DNA of 64,000 nucleotides from Klebsormidium nitens (Eukaryota > Plantae > Klebsormidiophyceae): assembly GCA_000708835.1 (NCBI GenBank), contig DF236986.1, forward strand, positions 124,001-188,000, written 5' to 3'. How positions within the stretch are numbered: position 1 is the first letter of the stretch; each line of letters starts with the position of its first letter. Below, piece by piece: positions 38,551-49,600 of this stretch. The notes below the pieces were generated by a model that did no database searches, had not been told where the DNA came from, and worked only from the letters and a program-made list of their open reading frames with translations. Position numbers and translations under genes: made by a program.

Positions 38551-38680
38551 TGCTAGGCTGCCAACTTACAGCTAGGCCTACAGGCTGTGAATCCATGGTT
38601 CGCTCATATCAGTCCTGCTAGGCTAGGCTGCCAACTTACAGGGCAACCACCTGTGAATTCATGGTTCGCTCATGTCAGTC
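38551..38680. repeat. Intergenic imperfect tandem duplication with a 65-70 bp unit
   Basis: GCTAGGCTGCCAACTTACAG at about 38552 and 38622. CTGTGAAT(C/T)CATGGTTCGCTCAT(A/G)TCAGTC at about 38585 and 38650. Confidence 0.8.
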
Positions 38681-39655
38681 AGCCGCACGCCTTGACAGAT
38701 TTGCGCATGTGTCATGAGCATCACCCCAAGAGCATCCTGAAATATCAGTAGCATCCTCATTAGTAACTTTGTACATTAGGTCTGACAGGTGACTATAGGA
38801 TAGCTGTCCAATGCATGCCTCGCAGCCACCCCAGACCTTTCGTCGCCCACTGCAGGCACATAAACCTCCTGAGAAAGGATTCGCATCATGCACTGAACGC
38901 AACGAGAAGATATATCTGCCATGTATTTGCAGTCGATATCCCCATTGTTAGTCTACTGGTTAGGCTCATGTCACCATCCAATTGCAAGTGCAGATTGCTG
39001 CCACAATCTGCATTGGACTTGGGAGCTGCAATGCGACCACAGATAGACGATTCTGAAAGAACTGTCGTTTACATACAGGGACCGTAAGTAGTTTACAAAT
39101 CGATGGAGGGAGATATGGATGCAGATACCAAGAGCAAGCTAGAGCTGTGGCGCTGGGCAGACGGTGTCTTCATCCCAAGATATGTTAGATTCGGCTGGAT
39201 ACTTCGAAACCAGATGACACAAGCCCAGCACTGCGTTTCCAGACAATTGCACTAGCTCCATCATTGATGCCAAACACATTAAAACATGGCCTGGGCTAGA
39301 CATATGATGGCATTCAATGCACGAGCACTGATGGCATTCAATGCAAGAGGCCTGAAGAACAGCTAAAGAACCAGTGGAAGCATCTGAAATGACGACGCGT
39401 GTTTTGACACTGAATCAGCTGCCTTACGGCATTATTATGATGGCCTTGCGGCCTGATCTCTGTCAGTGTGTGTTGTTAAAGCGGACCACCTGGACTCTAG
39501 CGAATGTTTGGACTTGACTTGACCAACCTCTTACGCAACTCTCCACCTGCAACTCTTGTGCAACACCATGTTCAGGATCTATACACAGTCAATCTAATCA
39601 AACAGGTGAACGTAAACACATTTCACCTGCCAACAACACGCAGTCAGGCTACCAA

Positions 39656-40408
39656 TCAAGCCTCTGTCTGCCACAGGAACAACGCGTAGCTACTGAGCAG
39701 ATCCGCATCCTCAGGAGCCTCCTGGAGCGCCTGCCGGTATAGCCTATCTGCCAATGTGACGTCGTTCTGCTCCTTGTATGCGAACGCCGCATAGCTGGCC
39801 AGAATCTTGGCGCTCCGGGGGTCTTGTCTAAGCTCCTTCTCATACAACCGCTGCGCCACGTCCTTCTCCATCCACACCTCCTTCAAATACTCGACAAACC
39901 CATCCGGGTAGACCGGCTTCTTCTTTGCCTCCGCCCCTATCCTTTGCTCGACACAGACGCCCCCCCCTTCCGTAACCTCCCTCTCTGCAAATACTGATTC
40001 AGCTGATGCAAAGATTGGTCTGCAGCCCCTAGCTGAACACACAACCATCCCCACCGCTGCCTCTGCAATGTGTGGCCGTCTCATTGCAGGGGCATTGTTG
40101 TACGACCTTGCGCTGAGCTCATCGTCCCACGCGCTCGTGCTGGCGACCAGATCTGTCGCAAACTTTGTCCTCACGGAGCCCCTCCCGTGGCTCGGACCCT
40201 CCGATGGTCCTGGCAGGGCCAGCTTGGAGGCAATGCGCATCTGCTGCCGCTTCTCCCTAAACGTTATGCTGCCAACCTGATGCTTCCGGCTGGTAAACAC
40301 CTTTTGAGGGGACGAGGTGAAGGAAGACTCCGACAATGACTGCAGCCCTGTGAAGAGCGATGCTTGCTGAAGCGCAAGAGCCGCTCTGCAAACGGAGTTC
40401 GTAGCCAT
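39656..40408 (-). CDS. Intronless TPR-like repeat protein with organellar transit-peptide-like N-terminus (250 aa)
   Basis: The open frame from MATNSVCRAALALQQ ends in two TPR-like helical pairs: AQRLYEKELRQDPRSAKILASYAAFAY and ADRLYRQALQEAPEDADLLSSYALFLWQ. The start codon is chosen by inference. Confidence 0.8.
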   Translation of the reverse strand: MATNSVCRAALALQQASLFTGLQSLSESSFTSSPQKVFTSRKHQVGSITFREKRQQMRIASKLALPGPSEGPSHGRGSVRTKFATDLVASTSAWDDELSARSYNNAPAMRRPHIAEAAVGMVVCSARGCRPIFASAESVFAEREVTEGGGVCVEQRIGAEAKKKPVYPDGFVEYLKEVWMEKDVAQRLYEKELRQDPRSAKILASYAAFAYKEQNDVTLADRLYRQALQEAPEDADLLSSYALFLWQTEA

Positions 40409-43400
40409 TTTCTCAGCTTGTGCGAGTTGCTGGAATGGGGCGCCCTGACGATTTCGGAGCTGGCGCAAACTTGCGATGAAGGTTTGTGACTGCTCTTTGG
40501 GAATATAAGAATGAGAGATCTGCTTCTGCAAACCAAAACCCTAGCTGGCGCCCTCCTGAAGAACTGGTCTCGTCTTCAATTTCTGCTGGTCATGCAAGAA
40601 TTGAATTTGGAAGACTTGTGACTTCCCAGCTCCGGTCAGGTTCCAGCTTCGAGTGCTTGAATATTGTTTTTGAGTGCGTTTCCACCCCTTCGTACAGGCA
40701 CGAGCTGCTGTATACTTTTGACGTGTAACTACGCTCCCTGAAGCTCGGAGAAGATGTACCGAGGAAGGTACCGACTTGAGCGCACGCGCAATTCATGCCG
40801 TCTGACGGTCTGACCGCCTGTACCGTACCTTGTACCCACGGCTGTACCGTACGTACAAGAGAAGCGCACCAGCGGAATCATTACAAATTACACGTGCAAG
40901 CTGCAGAAGGGCTCTGGTCCGTTCGGCTGCCGCATTTCCCGCTCGTGTGTACGCCCAGGACCCACATGGAGGCCATTTCGAAAATGCGGGTACTTTTACC
41001 CGGTCTGTCTCCGGTAAGATTGAGATTCCAAATCGACCGGGCTTGTACCTCCCCCGGGCCTGCAATTGACAAGGCCACGACATCTGAAGATGTACCCGAG
41101 GTTCAATCGATGACCGAGCGCCTAGCACGCTGGGCCCTTTTCTGAAAAGTGCATGCAGAGGGATTCCTGTGCCAAAAGAGCATTTGATTGGTTTGCAGGA
41201 TCCGTACCTGTTTCTAGCATCTCATTGGCTGCAAGTCGTAACAGATTTTTCGAATGGAAGGTCCTCAACCTTCCCCCAGCTTCTCCTTCACATGGGCCCA
41301 CACGCAGGCAATTGGTCAATATTCTGGCGTCCAATAAGAGAGGAGTAAAAGATTTTGGTGCCGCTTGACCTTCATACCATGAATGCCCCTAAAATTAAAG
41401 ACAGTACCGTACCGAGATGCTACCGGTCTGTGTCTGGAGACGCTTCGTCGACACCTGGCACAAGAAGGTGAAGCGACCGTTATTGTCGGACCAGCTAACG
41501 GCAAGAAGTCGAGTCGTCCGATGCAGTTACAAAGAATCATACGGCCGATGCAAAATCTAATCTGAATGGTAAATCTACGGTCACTGTCAGCCGGTTGAGC
41601 AATGATCGACGATATGATGAGAAAGCCACCGTCCGCGCGTCTCGCCGGAGTCGCGCCCCACTGTCCAATGACTAAGATATTCATATTAGGTATGTCAATT
41701 ACGGTACTTTGAAGTTTACATAGGCATTCAATGGCCAACGTTGAACTCACTACCGTTTTGTTGATATTACGATATTGCTATTATCATTGTTTGTTTTGTT
41801 GCGATTCCGGTATTGCTATATGCTTCTGACTCTTTTGGAATGCTCATGACGGTTCTCGGCCCGGTTCGATCTTGGCTTTTGCAATTGAGGCAATAGGGAT
41901 TACACAGCGGGGGTCTTTCGTCAAGCCGACATGTAGTGGGGCCATACAGCAAAAGGGGTCAATGCAATGGGCCGCCCATGAGACAATAAGGCTGGCGCAC
42001 AACTTGAGTCATTTGGATCACAATGGCAGTTCAGCTGTTGGTGACTCACTATAATCTATCCTTGGTATCCGCCCGGTATCCGACGACTTCAAGCCATGGA
42101 CCGAAGCAACATGCATCTCAGCTTTTATAATTCAAGAGCTTGCTATTTATACGCGGTAAAATGATTAAAGTAGGTAGCACCATGTCGGCCTTACGGCATA
42201 TCTTGCCGGTTCACAAGCTACCTATGGTGGGTCTCGACGGTATCGACCGCGCGACGGTCGGGTCTCAAATTTGTATGACCGGTGTCACGCGTCGCGACAC
42301 ATTTTGTACGCAGTACTAACGATCGTACTCGGCCGTACTAGAGAATCGGGTCCGAATTCATGAATCGAGCTTTTCCTGACACGTCGATCAAACGGGCAAT
42401 TACGTACTACCCGGAGGTACGGTACCGTCGCGCGAGACTCGAGTCTGCGCGGCCGACAAATTTAAATTTCATGGTCTTGGTCGGAACTTCCGACTTGTAC
42501 CGTGCACGAGTACCGCGGTACCCAGACTGAAAGAAGAGTGCAGAGATTTGATATAGGAGTGTAAGAGAAGGCGCTCTTCAAAATCCAACAATGGCGGCCA
42601 ACTTTGCGCCTCCTATGCTGCTATTTGAGATTTGTCCTGAACAAAACATGATGTTGGAGCTTCAAAGGACAGCTAATGACGGTCCCCCAACATTTTTTTT
42701 AGCTTGTCAAAGGTTTCTGCATGTTGCATAAGCCGCATCTTAGTGTGGCATTTTCATGCTCCCGTCAAAGTGTAAAATAATACACTTGTTTACAACTTCA
42801 TGACACTCACTTACGGCCGAGCAAAAATTCCTGAGTACTCGAACCGTACATGTTTCGGAAGTCCGACTCAGCGTAACGTGAACCGCCGGTATCACTGACA
42901 GAATTTGATACCGGGTCCCACAATTTCGTTGCGGTTCGAGTCGGAGTCGACTCGGCCGGAACCCACCGTAGGTAGATTGTGTTATACCTTATATATGATT
43001 TAACCCGTACGTCATTAGGTGCATCTCTTTTGATGGTAACACCTCGCTTGTATACATATGCGAACATCGCGAGAGGCCTCATGAAGCGAACTCCCGAATC
43101 CGTCTATATCATTTAGTTGCCGGGGCAGGCCCAGTAGAAAGCCATGGCCACTGCCACATGATGTCGGCCATTGGTCGGAGAGCAACAGCGGTCGAGTGCA
43201 TCATTGTTGTCTTCGCCGCGATGCCTGCCGCTTTCATGACAGTATGGTACGACAAACGTGGGAGTATTAGGATGATGCATGGAAGAACCAAATTTGTATG
43301 TCCTACCTTCTAACGTTCCATTTGCCTTCGTGGCAAACATTCACAACCATTGACGCACGTGAGTGGATGCCTCGCTTTCCACTGAAGAAGTGACTTAGCG

Positions 43401-43649
43401 ATCCGATCATGCCAAAAATGGCTACAAGGTGATTTCCCTTGCATCGGGGTTTTGCACATGGGCCCTACCAGCTCATAATTGACAGGCCATGTAGCACAAT
43501 CGGCCTTTTGCACATTGGCCCAACCAAACAGTCAATGACAGGCTATGTAGCATCATCTTGGCAATTGCTGGACACTTGCACCAGCTTAAGCAAAGTTCCA
43601 ATTCTAGAATCTCAGAAGCTGGTGAAGGTACCCTCGTGTTTGTGTTTCA

Positions 43650-46600
43650 TCACAGGTCCTTGGATGCGTTACCGAAGTCCCCCTCGAAGTCTGTCCAATC
43701 ATCCAGGTGCACGGTCTCGAATGGTCCCTGAAATAGGAGGGACAAAAAGGAGTTGGTTTAACAACTGGCAATTGGGACTCGACGGAATTCTCGGACTTGC
43801 ATTTAGCACAGCCATTCAAAAGCCAGGGAACAACGAGAAGAGTCGAAAGGCACTCCAAAAACCAAGCACAAGTGCCGCAGCCATCATTTTGGACTGAACG
43901 CAAGAGCAAGCAGCATCCGCATGCAAGAGCCAGCTAAAAGACACATCAAGAAACATAAGCGTCTCTACTTCATTGCCGTTAGTAACTTCGGCCGAGTACC
44001 CTCCACCCAAGCCCGTCGCTTGTAAACATAACGACAACATCGACAACGACCTTCACAATGATACCTAGAGCAATGGTCGTTTGCAAGCCAGATTTTGGTG
44101 AAGTCGATTGGAGGGCTCTGAATCAGGCAGAAATCCATACCGGGTTTGAACTTGGCCGCTTCATGCCGGGCCAATTCCGGAGGGACCGTGCTGTTGCTGT
44201 TGACCAGCATCTGCTTAAGATCGTAGAACAGGTCCGTGTCCTGGTTAGTCAAGAACGACGTTGCCACGCCCTTCTTTCCGGCACGCCCAGTACGACCTGC
44301 AACGGAATGAGAACAAACGTCAGAAAGTTTCAGACCGAAAACCGTGAAATTGCATGGAACCTTTTCAGAAGACTGACAGAGGTCGACCTGCAACTCTCCA
44401 GAAATGCAATCGTGCATCTACACAAAACCAGTTGCGTTCTTGGCATATGAAACGATTGCGAAGCAAAGCGTGAGTGAGATTAGGAACATCGAGAGCAAAG
44501 GCTGATCTTCGTCTCAGTTGAAGAACGGTGCTCGAAAGCGAGCGATGACCTTTGGGAACCAATTCACTGCTACAATGCTCGTCTGAAAAAAACATTGCCG
44601 CAAGAAAAGGTACGGTGATTCCTGAGGACGAGAGCAGAAGCGCCATTAAAGGTTTAAGGACGTACCGATTCGGTGAGTGTACTGGTCAATGGTAGTTGGC
44701 ATGTCGTAGTTTACCACAGCAGCGACGTCCTGCAGACACCGAGGGGGGACGGACGTCAGTCCGTCTCAAAAGGACCCCCGGAAACAAATCTCAGACTTTA
44801 AACCATACCCGATAATTCCGACCTTTGCCTAAGGAAGTTCTCTAGCAAATGGCCGCGATTGTGCAGTCCTTACAATGGTCAAGCTGCTCGACAATGGGTG
44901 TTCGGATGCGAAGTCTGTGGGAGCGCACAGGTAAGTAGTTTGATCCTTTCATCCGCAGCACCAGAAAGGCTATAACTCGATCACTGGACACCCGCAGAAC
45001 TTCTTGACACTTTCGTGACTTTACATGAAGAGAAACCTATTTGGAAGAAGAAGTTCTAGTTGCGTAATAGGGGCAACCAAAACATGCTTACATGCGCCTG
45101 AATAGAAACGGTAAAGGGCGCAAGCCGAAGAGTCACTTGGGAACAAGTACGGCGCTGAAGAACCTCGTGCGAATGTGCAGCAGATGAGACCGTGCTGATC
45201 AAATCGAGGAAAACCGACAAGGTTGTCACCAACCAAACTACGGTACTGTCCGCACAAGGAAGGCGGTACAGAGGGGCATACATCACACCAGTGCAATACC
45301 CATGCACGAATGGAGTAGGAACCCACCGGAATATCGATACCACGCCCCGCCACGTCGGTAGCAACTAGTATGGTGAACTTCTTCTGGCGGAAGCCTTCGA
45401 GGGAGACCTCGCGCTGGTCCTGGATCTTGCCTCCGTGGAGTGACGTCACCTTGAAGCCGTCGCGCTCCAGCTGGCGTGCGAGACCGTCCGCCGACTTCTT
45501 TTGGTTCACGAAGATGATGGCCTGCCGCTCGCCCAAGTCCTCCAGGAGGCGCTTCAGCCTGGTTAGAAAGGGGGTTAGGAGATGGTTAGAACCAGGTCTG
45601 AACCGGATTACCAGAAAACAATTGGGTTAAGGTTTTTGACGTTTTCTGGTTCCGGAGATGTTGGCCTGCCGCTCGCCCAAGTCCTCCAAAATGCGCTTCA
45701 GCCTGGTTAGAGGTATGTTGGAGGGGGGTCAGGGTGGGGTTTGGAGCGGGTTAACAGAAACTAGATGAACATTCGTGCGTTCTGATCACTCAATAACGCT
45801 GATCAGCCTCTTCGCAAAGGTGAGCAAAGGGTTCTGATAACGTTAAAGGACGGTTGCGGGAGGCTTACTTGGGAGGGCAAATAGAGCGGGTTAGACAATC
45901 AAGGGCCTCAGATCCGGTCCGAAAGGATGACTGCCTGACTTTGCCCAAGTCCACACAATGGACTTCAGACCAGCACTTTCTTGACGTATATTGGATTAGC
46001 GAGAGCTGAGAAGTATAAAAAAAGAGGAGCTGAGGTATGGTTGTGTTTATGAGATACAGCCAGAAAATCGAGGCAAACTACAGTCCAACGAATCTGAAAG
46101 ATCCTCTTCAACCCTGCATATCTGACCGGTTGTCCAACGTTGGAAACGGAGACATGGGCAGCAATTGGTCAAGGACCCTGACCGCCTTCTTCTCAACGCA
46201 ACAGCAGGAAGAGACTCCTCGAGAAAGGTTAGAAGCGACAGAGCAGCTCACTAGTCCTTCTTTCGTTTTCATTCTTCACGAACCACGGTCTACTCGAGTG
46301 GACAAAGTCGCACGGAAACACCAAAGAGAACACCAGTTCAAACGAAAAGAAAGGCAGGCAACGAGCCCAAGGTCGCAGTCAGGACCCCTCTCACCGGTCC
46401 TTCTTCTCACTCTCATTCTTGACCATCGTCACCACGGTCTTCTCGAGCATAACCAAAAAGAAATGAGCACAAACAAAGGCAAGATCAAGGTAAANNNNNN
46501 NNNNNNNNNNNNNNCAAAGCCGCAGCCAAAGAAGATCTTCTCACTTGTCCTTCTTCTCGTTCTCGCCCTTGACCATCATGACCGTCTGTGTGATGAGGTC

Positions 46601-49600
46601 CGTCGTCTTCCCTGCGTGCCCGATCGTCACGACAACTGGCTGGCGCAGGTACTTGCGCGCAAGGCGCTCCACCGCTGGCGGCATCGTGGCACTGAACATG
46701 TACGTCGTCCGGTACAGCTTGTCGCCCTCCAGCTCCTGCGGAAAGAAAAAAACGTCAGAGTGACGTCAGCATTGACAGAAATCTGAGTTCAGGTGCGCAA
46801 GGTGTGCGAGGCGCTCCAGCGCTGGCGGCATCGCCGCGCTAGTTGTGTAAGTAGTGCGGTACAGCTCGTCGCCCCCCGGCTCCTGCGGAAAGTGACATCA
46901 GAATGAGCTCAGCATCGGTGACGTTGGGTGACGTAGACTTATGGTCTTCAAATTCTCGACACCTTGGTGACAACTACGAACAAACGCTGCATCGTCGCCC
47001 AGTAGAGCTTGTCGCCCTCCAGCTCCTGCGAAGAGTGACCTCAAAGTGACGTCAGCAACGACAATTTTGGGTGGTATGAAAACGTGTAAGTGACGAGCAA
47101 GTTGCTGCATTGTTGTGCTGAACATGTCCGTCGTGTATGAGGCCGCAATGCCCTCCAAAGCTACTACGAAGAAAGACAATAAAAGGGGCCTACAAGTTGC
47201 AGCACCGTTCACCTTGAACATGCAAGGTGTCCTCAAACTTCTGCGTGCAAGTGACTTCAGGATGCCATCAACTCTTTAACGGTCAAGGGCCTTGGCCGGA
47301 GTCCCTTCTAAAAAGCTCTGCCCCTTCTCAGAAGAGCGCTTTTGGCCCTCCCTGTGCGGATTCAGCCATTCTGGCCAAACCGTTGAGCCAAGAAAACCGA
47401 CACAGGCGCTGGAAAGCCCAGACAATAGTCGTCCAACGCAAAAGTCAATCTTAATATTGACTAGGATTTGATGGCTCTTACCGCACCCGGTCCGTCTGAG
47501 CAAGACAAAGCTGATATTCATCCGAGAAGGAATGCAATGGTTCAAGGCAGAGTTTCCTTCAGAGCAAGAGGGAAGCGCCGACACTTACTTCGTCTTCGTT
47601 CTCGGGCTTCAGGTTAGAGGACGGCATCAGGTCCAGCACCGCAGCCACCTGCAGGGGACACGTGGCATCAGTTCCGCCGTTCGTATCCAAGGGCTGATCG
47701 CAAACTCAGTTTGGACCATTTTTAAGGGGTCGCCGACCGATCTTAGCTCGGCTCTCTACTCCAAGCCTTGCTTTTTCCGCCGGAGCTCTCGGAAGTCTAT
47801 AGACCGATCCTCAAAGCCCAGTTAATACACGCCAAATTCGAGGAATCTGTTCGGCGAAGACAGCGTCCAGATAATCCCCTCGTAGATCCCGAAACATTTG
47901 GCACGTTGAACATCGAAGGAAAGTCACTTTAACGTTTGCGGGGCGGATCCATAGATATCCTCGGCAGTCTGGAACTACGGCGCCGAGCTTAACATGGATG
48001 TGGGCTCCAATTGCACGCAGATCGTGCATAAAAACAAGTCCGACCCGGCGGGAAGGGTGGCTTTGCCAAAGACATCGACAACAATCAAAAGGGCAGTAAC
48101 GTCCAGATGAACGAAACGATAACAGAGGAATTTTCCAACATTTTAAGGGACTGATCAAGACAACACAGAGCGACATTTCACTCTCAAAAATCCTTTATTC
48201 CAAAACGTAGAGCAATCAGACTTCAGCATCTGAATGAGAGGTAGCCACGTGCCTGCGGCTCGAAGCCCATGTCGATCATGCGGTCCGCCTCGTCGAGCAC
48301 GATGTAGTGGCACTGCTGCAGCACCGCGTAGCGCCGCTCGAGGCAGTCCAGCATGCGCCCGGGGGTTGCGATCACGATCTCGCACCCCTGTCGCAGCTTG
48401 AAGCCCTGCTCCTCGATGGACTGGCCGCCGACAATGGAAGTCACGCGGAAGTCCTGCAGGGGATAGATAGTATTTGAATAGTCAACAGTAATAGATTAGT
48501 CAATTTGCGGCTCGGGATCTCGCACCCCTGCCGCAACTTGAAGCCCTGCTCATCGATGGACTGGCCGCCCACGATCGAAGTGACGCGGAAGTCCTGTAGA
48601 AAGTGTGTAGAATAAAGGGGTCAATTTCCTGGCTCGGATTCGCGTTATGCTCATCAAGCATTCGGGGCGGACGGCCAACGTGGAGGTCACTCGGAACACG
48701 TGCTACCGGAAGCAAGTTCAAGTAGGGGAAACTTTGCTTCGAAAATTCGCGGGTCCGGAACTCTGCAGCCGCAGAGCACCCGGCATGCTTCAAGGACTGG
48801 CCGCCAAAACATAGGCGAAAGTCTTGTCGTTGCAAGGCGAGACCGTGCCGAGCACGAGTAAACGAAGACCGTTGTCAAACGGGGCCAAACCATGAAGGAC
48901 GCGAACTTGACGGTCTCTCCTTCGAACCTGGTTGACTTACGAGGCAACGCAGAGCCCGGCTGCTCCAACGGGGAATCAAACCCGCGCATGCTGACAGCTC
49001 AAACAGAAACTTAACTTCCTTAGTCCGACCTAAGACGCCGAAAAGATAAAACAAAAAATCGAGAGCCAAAGAAGGTGACCATGACCACAGCAACCTTGAC
49101 GTCCACTTCCTCAATCTACCGCGAGAGCTTGCGTGTGAACCACGTATACTTACCAAGCGAAGTACTGTCGACGCAAGGCAAAGCGGAAGAAAAGTGAAAA
49201 AAAGAGAACACAGACGGTAAAGACGGGCCTTGCCATGAAGGACGCGAACTTGACGGTCTCTTCTTCAAGCTCCTGCGCGAGCTCGCGCACGGGCGCCATG
49301 AAGGTCACCAAGCAAAAGTCCTCTATAGGCAAGACGAGACGAAAGAGAAACCAGAGAAAGAGAAGAAAAAATTTGACGTTTCAAAAGGAGCCTCACCATG
49401 AAGGACGCAAACCTGACGGTCTGTTCCTCGATCTGCTGCGCCAGCTCGTGCGTGGGCGCCAAGAATGAGATTCAAGCGCGATTGATACTCAAGCTGAAGT
49501 CCTATCAACGCAAGGCGAGACAAAGGATTCTAGCAGACAACCAAGAACATTATTGAATCGAAGACGGGCCTTACCATGAAGGACGCAAACTTGACAGTCT

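Noticed and set aside
42807-43082. 91-aa minus-strand ORF next to the palindrome cluster
   Set aside because: No recognisable transposase or other motif, and the length is within the chance range.
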